From positions 3,711-67,710 of the IMG/VR virus record IMGVR_UViG_3300027091_000001: 64,000 nt of DNA; one strand, 5' to 3'. Source of the stretch: a virus. The translations under genes were made by a program, and so were the position numbers. The notes below the pieces were generated by a model. The model ran no database searches. It saw only the letters and a list, made by a program, of their open reading frames with translations, and had not been told where the DNA came from. Every line of letters begins with the position of its first letter. Positions within the stretch are counted from its first letter, which is position 1. Positions 15,886 through 25,883 of the stretch are shown one piece after another.

Positions 15886-16788
15886 CTACATCTCGAGTAC
15901 GTCCTTGACTACGACCTTGCCACCATTTCCACGAATGTAACGGGGGCAGTATGCGTGTAGGTTAACAATCAATCCTCCTTTTGGAAGACTAGGGACATCC
16001 CATAAAGCGGCATAAGAATCTTTTCTTCCATTCTTTATGAGTTTTTCTGAGGTGGTTGCAACATATGTGTCGAAGTATGAACCAGTCCTCAAAGTCAAGA
16101 CATCCCTCGTCAGAACCCTAGCCTCAGGATTCTCAACAGACCTATTGAAAGTCACCTTGTTGTCACGTCCCGCCTGCCGATGATGTGTGTGTCCACGCCA
16201 AATAGCGTCCACTCCTTCAATCCACATCGAAGCACGGGAAAAGGATATTGCACCTTTAGTAACAGGGGCCGCTCCTCCTGCACCATGATGATAATGCATT
16301 ACATAATGACCTATTCTATTTGGGTCACCTTCAGTAGACAGGTCAAGTTTTACATGAATAAATCCGTGATAACCGCCATACTGTATCTTCCCGTCATTGC
16401 CGTTCAACATCACAACAAGATGCTTGACTGGCTCGATGTGGTGGTATCTCGCAACACTATCATCATGGTTTCCATCGCCAATCATGACTATGTTGTCCTT
16501 GTATGGCTCCAGTATCTCGTAAGCCCAACGTAATGATTCACCAATCATGTCGTCACCAGCCTGAAACATTCTCGGGTGAAGGTTGTTGGCACGATATCGT
16601 TTGCGGTCTCCGGGCATAATCGCATCAAACACATCCCCATTGATGAATATCCGAGCGTTGCGTTTTTTAGCCAAATCCAGTTCATTTTTGATTAAATCGT
16701 AATCAACGTGAATACCACCGATGTGCAAATCACTCATCAAACACAATGTAAGTTCATTGCCGCTATGTACATACTCTATGACTGTCAT
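15886..16788 (-). CDS. calcineurin-like metallophosphoesterase
   Basis: MSDLHIG, NGDVFD, GNHDD, HHG, GHTH. Confidence 0.9.
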   Translation of the reverse strand: MTVIEYVHSGNELTLCLMSDLHIGGIHVDYDLIKNELDLAKKRNARIFINGDVFDAIMPGDRKRYRANNLHPRMFQAGDDMIGESLRWAYEILEPYKDNIVMIGDGNHDDSVARYHHIEPVKHLVVMLNGNDGKIQYGGYHGFIHVKLDLSTEGDPNRIGHYVMHYHHGAGGAAPVTKGAISFSRASMWIEGVDAIWRGHTHHRQAGRDNKVTFNRSVENPEARVLTRDVLTLRTGSYFDTYVATTSEKLIKNGRKDSYAALWDVPSLPKGGLIVNLHAYCPRYIRGNGGKVVVKDVLEM

Positions 16789-16870
16789 TTTCGTTACCCC
16801 TGAAAAATCCTACAGGCATCCGGCTATACATGTATGTATGAATGTAGTTGCCTGAAGTAACGAAAAGCCC

Positions 16871-17281
16871 CTATTTGGGGCGACTAGAGCCTTGTGCTGT
16901 ATATTTCTCCATCGCTTCTATAACCTCGTTTCGAATCAGTTCGATATCCGCTAATTTGAATGTTTCTTTTGACATCTTTAAGACAGCCGAGACGAACGGT
17001 TCGGCTTCTCCAAGTTCTGGCACTTTGGTCAAGTAATGACCAGCCATTTGATACATTTCATCCGCTAACTTCGCAATTAACAAAAGGTGAGTCTTGTAAG
17101 CACTCACCTCGACATCGGTCTTATTCATTCGGTTAGTCCCAGACGTTGGTATGTCCGCATTTATACCATGTGCAACCCTCGAACTGGTAGGTTTCTTGCC
17201 AGTATCCGACACCGTTTCCGTGGAGTGATTCATCCTGAGCCTCTTGTAAAGTCTTGTAGAATGCCCCTTTACCCTCAACAC
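16871..17281 (-). CDS. hypothetical protein
   Basis: 136-aa ORF, start uncertain. Confidence 0.55.
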   Translation of the reverse strand: MLRVKGHSTRLYKRLRMNHSTETVSDTGKKPTSSRVAHGINADIPTSGTNRMNKTDVEVSAYKTHLLLIAKLADEMYQMAGHYLTKVPELGEAEPFVSAVLKMSKETFKLADIELIRNEVIEAMEKYTAQGSSRPK

Positions 17282-17334
17282 ACAGACGACCCTTGAAAAA
17301 CCATCCTTGAGCCCCGGATGGAAGGGTGAAGGAA

Positions 17335-17589
17335 CTACTTCGCATTTGCGATGTAGCCCTTCAGTTGGTCGATGTAGAGCCCTTCAAGGCATCCACGGGA
17401 GTCGGTGCAATCGAATGCGTCAGTACCGTAGTTGTAGGCGATTGTGAAGCCCTTACCGCGACCCTTGATTTTGATTTCCGTGATTTCACGGTTGGCATCG
17501 ATTCCGAATGCGATACCACGAGCGTTGATTGGGAACTGAGTGTATCCGTACACTAGAGAGATGATTGCGTTGACTGTTTCTGTATTCAT
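17335..17589 (-). CDS. hypothetical protein
   Basis: GAAGAGG RBS after island promoter; terminator ccatcc/ggatgg+T5 downstream. Confidence 0.75.
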   Translation of the reverse strand: MNTETVNAIISLVYGYTQFPINARGIAFGIDANREITEIKIKGRGKGFTIAYNYGTDAFDCTDSRGCLEGLYIDQLKGYIANAK

Positions 17590-17607
17590 TGTGATTTGCC
17601 TCTTCCG

Positions 17608-17650
17608 AACTTGATGAATAGAGTATAAGCAACGCTTTATGAGTTGTCAA
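17608..17650 (-). promoter_or_regulatory. island promoter (TCAAGTT class)
   Basis: TTGACA-17-TATACT-7-TCAAGTTCG. Confidence 0.85.
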
Positions 17651-17700
17651 TAGCAAATTAAAGTATTTTTTGAATTACTTTTCAACCGTATACTTTGAAC

Positions 17701-19995
17701 ATGTCTTACTCATGGAATCTGAAAGTAGAAATCGATTGCCCCGAGCCTAGAATCTCAACGCCTCGCTATGTAGTAGCGGCAGAGGGCTCAACATGGGACA
17801 TTCCACAGACAACATCAACCGCTTACATCTGTGGCGTTACAGGAACAGCGATGCTTGCACCACTACCTCATACATCCGCTTGGGATTCAGCCTTTACAGG
17901 GAACTATGCACGGTATAGGAAGGTTGACTACACAACATCCGCTAACTTTGCGTTATGGGATGAAGTTAGTATCGGGTTGACGGGTGATTATTTCATTCGC
18001 TCAAAAGGCATCAACGAGTTGATGGAAGTTAACGAGACGCTACCGGCAAATCAACCGATGTTCGTGAAATTCTTTATTCATGGAACTAAGAAGTCTGATA
18101 AGAAGGCAGTTTTTACATGCGGATGGAATTACAGCGACGCAAATACACTCATAATAGAAGTGTATGCAAATGGACACGTTGGGGTTAGGGTTGGAGGAGT
18201 CCTGAAAGAAGTTTACTCAGACTCAAAGGGGGCGTTGCTTGCTGGAAGCGTCATCAAGTACCAGCCAATATCCCCGGCAAACCAGTACAACACGATGACA
18301 ATGATTCCGGGACGTAACCGTGACCTCCTTGTGTACACGTCGTGGGGAGTAAACTTTTGTCATACATTTGACAACCTTGCTGATGCTGTCGATTACGACC
18401 AGAACCCAAACGCAATATTGCCAGCGGGGAAATTCTATTGGGTCGTACCAGCACCAAACGCACCTATCGTCCAAGTAGCAAAAGTAAGGTTTGAGACATC
18501 AGGTACAGTAGTTGGAAAAAACATCACACTCAGAACTGTGCCTCCTGTAGGAACAACATGGACAGGATGGACTGGTGGATACAGCAGAATCGGCAAGAAC
18601 GTAGGAGCCATTGGAGCGGTATTCACGGTCATCAATGATGATGGAACAACGTGGAACCCAGCCGTACCTCAACAAGCCGTACGGGCTAAAGTAGTCCTAT
18701 CGGGCGATGGGACTGCAACGTGGGGCATCTACTCAATTGATATGTATTCAGCACCAGTAACAACAGTAACTGCAAATGCACCAATTGATATCACTTGTGC
18801 TATACAAAGCCTCAAAATGGGGGTTGAAGAGAATGGAACTGTCAACTGCAAGATAGAAACAAGAACAAATTTATTAAGTAACCTCTCCGTACCAAACTTC
18901 GCATATCAGTCAGACAGACCAGTAAGAATAGCAACGGCAGTTGGCGGTGGGGCATCATACTGCGACATATTCCGTGGCACTCTCAATGCTCCACAGATTA
19001 AGTATGAACCGGGCGACGCATCACTTAACATAAGTAAACTTGAGTTTGACGGACGTGACCGAAACCACGACTTTGAACTCACAACACTCCTTGACTCACT
19101 TCCGTACGACGGATTTACCCTTGCAAATTCTATTGCCGACCTACTCCTCATTGCTGGATACCAAGCATCCGATTACGTCATAGACGCTGACGCTTTCACA
19201 CTTCCGTACTCACCACTAGTTTCAACAGGGAAGTGGGCTCTTGCTCCTGAACGTGGAGACACAGTAGCAAAGTGGTTAGAGCAAATTTGGAGCACTTACG
19301 CCCAAACATACTTTAAGGGATGGTTTCCAACTCTTTCTGGATACAAGTACTTTTTTGTTAGACCAACTTATCCGTCATCTACACCAGCATTGAATATCTA
19401 TGCGTCAAGTAGCGAGGCTAGGACGGCATTACTGGCAACCGGGTTAACTGAGGCTCAGGCATCCAGCATCGTCTCATCCAGAACCTATCGTGAACTCGAA
19501 CGATTCTATGAACCAGCGGAATGTAACCATGTACAAGTCCTTGGTGCTGACCCACGCCTCGACAAACTCATCTGGAGAAACTACAACGACGTTGCCTCAC
19601 AGAATCCAACAACCGCACCTGCTTCACGACCTAGGAACTGGCGTGGAAGAATCGTTACAGTCCTCCATATCGACGAAGGCATTGTCACAGATGCCGCCGC
19701 TGACAAAGCCCTATCCGTACTTCAATCCCGACTTACAACTGGACGTGACTTAGTTGAATGGACATCCGACTTCCTCATCAGAAGCACTGACGACCGTCCA
19801 TTGTGGGTAACAGATGTCGTTAGGGTATACGAGCCAAACTGGCAATCGATTACGACTCCGGGACAAGTCTACGCCCGTGATTACCGCATCCTGTCGATTC
19901 CAAATATTGAATTCATATGGGAAGCCACTGAGAACATTAGGTCGGCAAGATACCGAGCCATAAAAATAAACGAACTGGCGGTAGCGGGAGGCTAG
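17701..19995 (+). CDS. probable minor tail / baseplate hub-like protein
   Basis: 764-766 aa, T/G/V-rich beta composition; C-terminal layout like tail-tip hub proteins; TATACT-6-ATG at 17701. Confidence 0.55.
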   Translation: MSYSWNLKVEIDCPEPRISTPRYVVAAEGSTWDIPQTTSTAYICGVTGTAMLAPLPHTSAWDSAFTGNYARYRKVDYTTSANFALWDEVSIGLTGDYFIRSKGINELMEVNETLPANQPMFVKFFIHGTKKSDKKAVFTCGWNYSDANTLIIEVYANGHVGVRVGGVLKEVYSDSKGALLAGSVIKYQPISPANQYNTMTMIPGRNRDLLVYTSWGVNFCHTFDNLADAVDYDQNPNAILPAGKFYWVVPAPNAPIVQVAKVRFETSGTVVGKNITLRTVPPVGTTWTGWTGGYSRIGKNVGAIGAVFTVINDDGTTWNPAVPQQAVRAKVVLSGDGTATWGIYSIDMYSAPVTTVTANAPIDITCAIQSLKMGVEENGTVNCKIETRTNLLSNLSVPNFAYQSDRPVRIATAVGGGASYCDIFRGTLNAPQIKYEPGDASLNISKLEFDGRDRNHDFELTTLLDSLPYDGFTLANSIADLLLIAGYQASDYVIDADAFTLPYSPLVSTGKWALAPERGDTVAKWLEQIWSTYAQTYFKGWFPTLSGYKYFFVRPTYPSSTPALNIYASSSEARTALLATGLTEAQASSIVSSRTYRELERFYEPAECNHVQVLGADPRLDKLIWRNYNDVASQNPTTAPASRPRNWRGRIVTVLHIDEGIVTDAAADKALSVLQSRLTTGRDLVEWTSDFLIRSTDDRPLWVTDVVRVYEPNWQSITTPGQVYARDYRILSIPNIEFIWEATENIRSARYRAIKINELAVAGG

Positions 19996-20252
19996 TGAAC
20001 TTGAACTGACGTGTACTTGCCTCTGATGCTCTGTAGGTAGAACTTGCCTTGTGACTCAGACTCACAGAAAGCCGTCCAAATCGAATGCGTGACATCGCTG
20101 TAGCACCATGTTGCACCATGTTTGAACGTCACTTGCATCATGCCCACCGCTTGGAATGTACCAAGGGTTGTTGGCGTAATGAACGACGCTGATAGAATCA
20201 TGTCGGATTCACACACAACCGAAACCGTAGTCAATAAATGTCTTGTTGCCAT
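19992..20252 (-). CDS. KTSC-domain protein
   Basis: MQVTFKHGATWCYSDV...FCESESQGKFYLQSIRGKY. Confidence 0.85.
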   Translation of the reverse strand: MATRHLLTTVSVVCESDMILSASFITPTTLGTFQAVGMMQVTFKHGATWCYSDVTHSIWTAFCESESQGKFYLQSIRGKYTSVQVH

Positions 20253-20319
20253 ATCTTCCCCTGAGCAAAAGAAAAACCCTCCGTATGAGGCTTGTGGAGC
20301 CCCATACCAACAGTCTCTA

Positions 20320-20493
20320 CTAGCCTTCTAGCATCGCTTCCAACCAATCGGCTTCACCGCCGAAGTCTACGAGGATGATTTGCCATACCTCATCGGTGCT
20401 GGTTTCCCAGTAGTTACGGGAGAATATCATTCCCCGTCCGCTGAAAACTTTGACGAGAACGTCGTCACCGTGCTGAATAACTTTGACTTCCAT
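20320..20493 (-). CDS. hypothetical protein
   Basis: Likely start MEVKVIQ after island promoter. Confidence 0.7.
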   Translation of the reverse strand: MEVKVIQHGDDVLVKVFSGRGMIFSRNYWETSTDEVWQIILVDFGGEADWLEAMLEG

Positions 20494-20510
20494 TTTTTTC
20501 TTCTCTATCG

Positions 20511-20553
20511 AACTTGATGTCAATAGTATCACATGTCTTTTTATTGTTGTCAA
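20511..20553 (-). promoter_or_regulatory. island promoter (TCAAGTT class)
   Basis: TTGACA-17-GATACT-7-TCAAGTTCG. Confidence 0.85.
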
Positions 20554-20608
20554 GCACGATGTAAATAATAGTGTCAAAAATATATATTTTATATAATTCA
20601 CAAAGTTG

Positions 20609-20653
20609 TTGACAAGTTGTTATTTACGTGCAATACTGTTGTCATCAAGTTCG
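20609..20653 (+). promoter_or_regulatory. island promoter (TCAAGTT class)
   Basis: TTGACA-17-AATACT-7-TCAAGTTCG. Confidence 0.85.
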
Positions 20654-20668
20654 AACAGGAGTTTTGAA

Positions 20669-20929
20669 ATGGCAATAAACGCAGGTAAGCAGTGGGAGGG
20701 TTTTATCGATGCAGTCCTACACGAGGGCTGTGAGGGATGGCTTGAAGTCCATCCAACCACCGGGCAGGGTGGATGTTCAATCTGTGTGTCACCTTCCAGC
20801 ACACACAACGCAACCTACATGGTTGCAAATCCAGACGGGTCGTACAGCAACTACAACCTTCTAGTTTGCAGTTGCTGTGAGTACAACCTCGCATACGGAG
20901 TCGAGCCTGATTATTCACATCTCGACTAA
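20669..20929 (+). CDS. Cys-rich hypothetical protein
   Basis: Start MAINAGKQW after CAGGAG; CSIC and CSCC motifs. Confidence 0.7.
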   Translation: MAINAGKQWEGFIDAVLHEGCEGWLEVHPTTGQGGCSICVSPSSTHNATYMVANPDGSYSNYNLLVCSCCEYNLAYGVEPDYSHLD

Positions 20930-20946
20930 AATGTTGTTCCACACTA

Positions 20947-20990
20947 TTGACAATGTGTTTATAGTGTGGAATACTCTAGACAATCAAGTT
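20947..20990 (+). promoter_or_regulatory. island promoter (TCAAGTT class)
   Basis: TTGACA-17-AATACT-8-TCAAGTT-GGAGG. Confidence 0.85.
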
Positions 20991-21004
20991 GGAGGACAGA
21001 AAGA

Positions 21005-21232
21005 ATGGACATCGAAATCATCGCACATTCGTCAATTGTTGAGCAGGTCACTGCTCAATTCCCCGCTGAGGAGCGGATGTACGTTCGTCAATTCATTGAC
21101 GAGTTGGTAAACAAAGAAGTCGAGAGACTTCTCAAGGAGAAGGATGGCGTGTTCATCCTGACGGGTTCTGTGCTTGAAGCACGACGACAAACCCGTAACG
21201 AGGGTAAAGCATTCGGTATCTACTTTGGTTAA
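21005..21232 (+). CDS. hypothetical protein
   Basis: Start MDIEII after GGAGG. Confidence 0.7.
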   Translation: MDIEIIAHSSIVEQVTAQFPAEERMYVRQFIDELVNKEVERLLKEKDGVFILTGSVLEARRQTRNEGKAFGIYFG

Positions 21233-21242
21233 GGAGAAGACT

Positions 21243-21512
21243 ATGAAATTAACAGACACACCACTGACGTTCCAAGGGGTTGAACTAGGTGAGCAATACC
21301 GCCCGATAAGTCACATTATCCAACACTGTGAGTTTTTCATGAATAATCCTCATGCTGGACGAGGCTTCCTTGGAGGATTCATGACCGCTGTCATTGACAA
21401 CAACTTCATGCAAGCGTGTACACGAGCGGACAACGATAACGGGCAACACCTGAAATTGATAGCGACATTCATGTATATGTACGGCGGATGTGTTATCGAG
21501 AAGCACAAGTAG
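21243..21512 (+). CDS. hypothetical protein
   Basis: Start MKLTDT after AAGGAG. Confidence 0.7.
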   Translation: MKLTDTPLTFQGVELGEQYRPISHIIQHCEFFMNNPHAGRGFLGGFMTAVIDNNFMQACTRADNDNGQHLKLIATFMYMYGGCVIEKHK

Positions 21513-21574
21513 TCAACCCGACATACAAAACCCTCCGTAAAAGGCTTCACAAGCCCCATACGGAGGGTTTTGAC

Positions 21575-23863
21575 CTACAGCCGAGTTGATGTACCCATGC
21601 CATTTTTGCCAGTCTTGCGGACAATGCCAGAGACTGCCTCTTCCAATTGAGTAGGGTATGAACGAAGCGTTGACTCCGACGGACGGCTAAAACCTTGTGA
21701 GAATCTGTTTGTGGAGTTAGTGACATTTGGCATACCGCCACTACCCAACTCAGTGCCTGTTACGCCGAGTTTTGCTAACTCGCCACCACCTAATGTCTGA
21801 GTGCGAAGAGAAAGACGGTCGGCGGTTTTGCCAGTGTTTTCGGCAATCTCTTTCAGTGTGTTTGAATCTTCTTTTCCAATCCCAGCACCGGGCGACTCTT
21901 CTGTTGGCGTGTTACCAAACTTATCTGGAATCATCTCAGGGAGTGGACTAAGTGACTTACGAGCCATCTCATACATTCTCTGAGCGTCTGTGCCTACGTT
22001 ACCAATGGCATTCTCAATACCATTTAACCCTGAGTAATCCACAAGGCCTTGCATAAAGTTTTGTATTCCAGCCCCTGCACCCGCACCTAATTCACCACTT
22101 GCTCTTTTACGTTGAAGTACAGCCATGTTAGCATCACGCTCTCTAGCGAACTTGCCTGTCCTGCCGTTCATTCCTTGTTCAAATAATCTCGTTGCTACAG
22201 CAGGAGCCAAAAACGCTTTCATAGCCCCAGTAGCAAAATCCCCTTTAGCAAGAGACTCGCCAGCCGAAATAAACGGCCTTATGCTACGCATTAACCCCCG
22301 GAACACATCTTCCATGAATAACTTGAGTACCTCAAAATAGAAAGTTATTTCATTGACTATGGTTGACCATAACTTGATGAATGTTGGAGCAAACTTGATA
22401 CCTGCTTGTTGTACTGCATCATAAATCTTAGGTATGTTTGCAACAGCGGCAGTAATAAAAGTAACTATCCTAAGTGCAATATCACGGGCGGTAGACGTAA
22501 TACTTTCAATATCAATCCCTCCCATTAAACTTTGAAGTGCATTCTGAACAATACCAGACTGACCAACGGCGTAAAATGCCTCACCAATACCAGTTGAAAT
22601 TTTAGCAAACATCTCAATCAAACTACCCATACCCGGCATTGCGGAAGCAACCATCTGAGCAATGCCTTGACCAAGAGGAGCAAAAGCCAACTTGATGTCG
22701 TCTTGAATATTCTCAAGGTTGACTGCTACTGACGCTGTAACCCCCGGAATCTTCAACAACTGGTCATTGATTTTCTCAATTACACCGTAGATAGTCATTC
22801 CAGTTTCTTCCATGACTTTAGAGATGTCTTTACCTTTGGCTGAACCAAAAGCCTTCATTAACACTTGCCTAATTTGTGGAACACGCTCGGATAACTGACG
22901 GATTTCATCGCCTTCAACCTTACCCGCAGTAACCATCTGTTGAAGAGCAAGCATAGTCCCTTTGAAGTCAGCCTTGCCTTTACCGACGGCAGAGAGAGCA
23001 CGACCTATACCAAGGATTGAGTTCCTTGTCTTTTCAGCCCCTAGTCCAGATGCTCTGAGCGACGTTGTTGCTTCCATGACTTCTTCAAGCCCAAGCCCCG
23101 GAAGTTTTGCCAACTCACGCAAGTCCTTGAATGACTTTCGATAGTCGGCGGCACTGTCTGAATACAATGCAAGACCACGACTCAACTGGTCAAGGCGAGA
23201 GAATGTACCGAATGCACTTTGCCCAACCTCTACAGCCATTTGTGCAAATGACATTCCAATTTGACCAACTGCACCTGCAACCTGACCCGCCACCTGTAAG
23301 ACAGCACCCGCAATCTCGGCTACTTTACCAACAACCTGACCAACCACGTTCGCTACTGTGCCAACAATACTGTAAAAGACTTCATTGAACTTGTGTATAA
23401 TACCGCCAACAATAGCAAATGGGAGAACAATAACGGCAACCATACCAGCCATTGCAACTGCAACCCCACCAGCGGTAGATGATGCAACTTTTGCTAGTGC
23501 CCCAAATGCACCACTAACGCCATTTATCCCAGCCATTAGATTACTTGCCATCCCCAACCCGCCTCCACTACCATGAAGAACGTTTGAAAATGATTTAAGT
23601 GGACTGAGTATGGAGTTCATAGCACCACCACCTCTGCCCCCGCCTCCACCCCCGCCTCCGCCACTAGAACTTCCTCCGCCCCCTCCTCCGCCACTAGGCA
23701 GACTAGTACTGGAGGAAAGACCATTGAATCGACGAATAGAAGCATTCAACCCATTCATTGATGTGGAAGCGGCATCAAGACGACTCTCTAGTTCACGAAT
23801 ATTTCTGATTGCTGTACGCACACCAGAGGAGTCAACATTGATTAGAAGTTCAGCGATTGTCAT
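21575..23863 (-). CDS. tail tape measure protein
   Basis: 762 aa, A/G-rich; LQQMVTAGKVEGDEIRQLSERVP tape-measure motif; follows chaperone genes. Confidence 0.92.
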   Translation of the reverse strand: MTIAELLINVDSSGVRTAIRNIRELESRLDAASTSMNGLNASIRRFNGLSSSTSLPSGGGGGGGSSSGGGGGGGGGRGGGAMNSILSPLKSFSNVLHGSGGGLGMASNLMAGINGVSGAFGALAKVASSTAGGVAVAMAGMVAVIVLPFAIVGGIIHKFNEVFYSIVGTVANVVGQVVGKVAEIAGAVLQVAGQVAGAVGQIGMSFAQMAVEVGQSAFGTFSRLDQLSRGLALYSDSAADYRKSFKDLRELAKLPGLGLEEVMEATTSLRASGLGAEKTRNSILGIGRALSAVGKGKADFKGTMLALQQMVTAGKVEGDEIRQLSERVPQIRQVLMKAFGSAKGKDISKVMEETGMTIYGVIEKINDQLLKIPGVTASVAVNLENIQDDIKLAFAPLGQGIAQMVASAMPGMGSLIEMFAKISTGIGEAFYAVGQSGIVQNALQSLMGGIDIESITSTARDIALRIVTFITAAVANIPKIYDAVQQAGIKFAPTFIKLWSTIVNEITFYFEVLKLFMEDVFRGLMRSIRPFISAGESLAKGDFATGAMKAFLAPAVATRLFEQGMNGRTGKFARERDANMAVLQRKRASGELGAGAGAGIQNFMQGLVDYSGLNGIENAIGNVGTDAQRMYEMARKSLSPLPEMIPDKFGNTPTEESPGAGIGKEDSNTLKEIAENTGKTADRLSLRTQTLGGGELAKLGVTGTELGSGGMPNVTNSTNRFSQGFSRPSESTLRSYPTQLEEAVSGIVRKTGKNGMGTSTRL

Positions 23864-24416
23864 TTCGTACCTACCAGTGCCCTTGCTGTTACCATAGCCA
23901 AGTCAACCTCGTGCTTGTCCAGAATGTCAGCGATGAATGCAACTTCAGCCATCTGGTTTAAGTCTAAGTCAATTTCACTTGGATGCCTATGAAGATACTT
24001 GACGGAGTAGTACAAGATGTGTTGTGCTACTCCGTGGAGACGTTTCCCACGTTTTTACGTAAGTGTTCAACACTACCTGTCGGGAAGGCATCCGAGAACT
24101 GAGCGGCAAGGTGAATGAAAAGGTCACGATGGTCACGACCAAACTGACCAAGAGCCCTCCAAGGTTGAATAATCTGTCCCATCTCAGCCTCTGAAGTAAC
24201 ATAACAACGCCCCATCACCATTATTTGATAAAGCATTGCATCCTTAAATTCTGGGAATGCAATTGATGCGGCCTTGCTCTCCGCACCATCAGGAAAAAGG
24301 TCTGCCGCTTTAGGCTCCCTGAATGCAAGTTCGCCGTCCGTACCAAATGGACGAAGGTCGAATACGAAGTTTCCTTTTTGTTCAGGCAGTGGAACGGACT
24401 GAAGTTTACTAAGCAT
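23860..24416 (-). CDS. tail assembly chaperone GT (-1 frameshift product)
   Basis: In-frame G GGA AAC slippery site at 24048..24042; -1 frame open to TGA at 23862..23860 overlapping tape measure ATG. Confidence 0.85.
24027..24416 (-). CDS. tail assembly chaperone G
   Basis: Position between tail tube genes and tape measure; slippery site at 3' end. Confidence 0.85.
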   Translation of the reverse strand: MLSKLQSVPLPEQKGNFVFDLRPFGTDGELAFREPKAADLFPDGAESKAASIAFPEFKDAMLYQIMVMGRCYVTSEAEMGQIIQPWRALGQFGRDHRDLFIHLAAQFSDAFPTGSVEHLRKNVGNVSTE

Positions 24417-24434
24417 GAAGAATCTCCTTGTTTA

Positions 24435-24875
24435 TTACCAACTGGAACCATGAGTTCCTAACTGGATTGTACAAGTCTCTAGTACCGTTCCGTCAAGGTC
24501 AAGTGATAAACCTGTTGATTTGATTACACCCTCATCCTCAATAAACTGAGTTGATGCGTCGCTTAATGTAATCCTAGCCCGTATCTTCACCGGAAATCGA
24601 TGAGCGTTTTGAAGCAAGTACCCACCCGTTGAAACATTATTATCAACGAGTATCTCGATGTTAATTGTTCCGCTACGACGAGTCATCTGTTGTTTCGACG
24701 ATGTATCACACAATGCCGCCAAGTCAATAGATTCAGAATCCACCGACCGCTCATAAGAACGAGCAATACACATAATTTCACGAGCCGTTCCAGAATAGGT
24801 AGGAGTGTTCCCATTCTGGATGGCAGTAGCAACCCACATTGTTAGATAGACATCCCGAGCGATTACTCTAGCCAT
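24435..24875 (-). CDS. tail tube-like protein, paralog 3
   Basis: MARVIARDV..., ALCD...RRSGT shared with next two ORFs. Confidence 0.65.
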   Translation of the reverse strand: MARVIARDVYLTMWVATAIQNGNTPTYSGTAREIMCIARSYERSVDSESIDLAALCDTSSKQQMTRRSGTINIEILVDNNVSTGGYLLQNAHRFPVKIRARITLSDASTQFIEDEGVIKSTGLSLDLDGTVLETCTIQLGTHGSSW

Positions 24876-24884
24876 TCAATGCTC

Positions 24885-25415
24885 CTAACCGAGAGCGTCA
24901 ACAGCAGATGCTATTGTTGAATATGGACTTGTGCCATTAGCACCGTCAACACCTAGCGTAATTGTAACCTGTTCAGTAATACTGCCGTCCGTCTCAGCAC
25001 TTGTACTCACAGATGCAACCAAGCCTAAGTCGTTCAAACGGGTCTGACCCAAATCAACGAGAACATTGACGTACCAGCCTTCTTTTCCTAGAAATAAACC
25101 CGCACCCGACACCGTGTTGTAGTCAAGGTTCAGTTCCATCTCAACGGTTCCACTCAGACGAGTCGGTCGATTGAATTGTTGTAAGTCGCACATTGCACCA
25201 CTCTCAACCATACCAATTTCGGTAGAACGAGAATATGACTTTGCACGACAAGCAACCGTCGTCGTTGCCGTGTACTGAGTAGACGAACCACCACCAGTTG
25301 TTGCGGACGTGTTATTGATGTATGTACTTGGAGCAATGAATGACCCCGCCGTACCAGATTGATTGCCAAGAAACGTAACGCTTATCGTAACGTCCCTACT
25401 TATTAGTCTTGCCAT
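24885..25415 (-). CDS. tail tube-like protein, paralog 2
   Basis: MARLISRDV...RAKSYSRSTEIGMVESGAMCDLQQFNRPTRLSGT. Confidence 0.7.
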   Translation of the reverse strand: MARLISRDVTISVTFLGNQSGTAGSFIAPSTYINNTSATTGGGSSTQYTATTTVACRAKSYSRSTEIGMVESGAMCDLQQFNRPTRLSGTVEMELNLDYNTVSGAGLFLGKEGWYVNVLVDLGQTRLNDLGLVASVSTSAETDGSITEQVTITLGVDGANGTSPYSTIASAVDALG

Positions 25416-25424
25416 TAATTAATC

Positions 25425-25874
25425 CTATGCTACAACAGCAGTCGTAAGGCCGGAGTCTCCATCAACGCCAAGTATAATGGTTGCTTGCTCGGCAATGCTA
25501 CCATCGGTCTCAGCACTAACACTAACACTGGAAATAATTCCAATATCCGTGATGACAGTGTGGCTCAAGTTTACAACAACACGAACAAAATAACCTTCCT
25601 TGCCAAGGAAGATGCCATTAGCACTTACCGTGTCATAAATAAGGTTCATGTCCAGTTCAATTGTGCCACTAATGCGTGTTGGGCGGTTGAATTGTTGTAG
25701 GTCACAGAGTGCCCCACTTTCAACCATTCCAATCTCAGTGCTTCTCGAATAGGACTTAGCCCTAGTACAAAACGCAGTTCCGCCGCCAAATGTCGGAGCC
25801 GTAAAACCAACAGCCCCCGCATTGTTTCCAATTGTAATCGTTAGGACAACGTCCTTAGCAATCAGCCTTGCCAT
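25425..25874 (-). CDS. tail tube-like protein, paralog 1
   Basis: MARLIAKDV...RAKSYSRSTEIGMVESGALCDLQQFNRPTRISGT; canonical position after tail terminator. Confidence 0.7.
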   Translation of the reverse strand: MARLIAKDVVLTITIGNNAGAVGFTAPTFGGGTAFCTRAKSYSRSTEIGMVESGALCDLQQFNRPTRISGTIELDMNLIYDTVSANGIFLGKEGYFVRVVVNLSHTVITDIGIISSVSVSAETDGSIAEQATIILGVDGDSGLTTAVVA

Positions 25875-25883
25875 AATTTACTC

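Noticed and set aside
23610-23897. Poly-proline ORF on plus strand
   Set aside because: Antisense shadow of the poly-Gly linker in the tape measure gene
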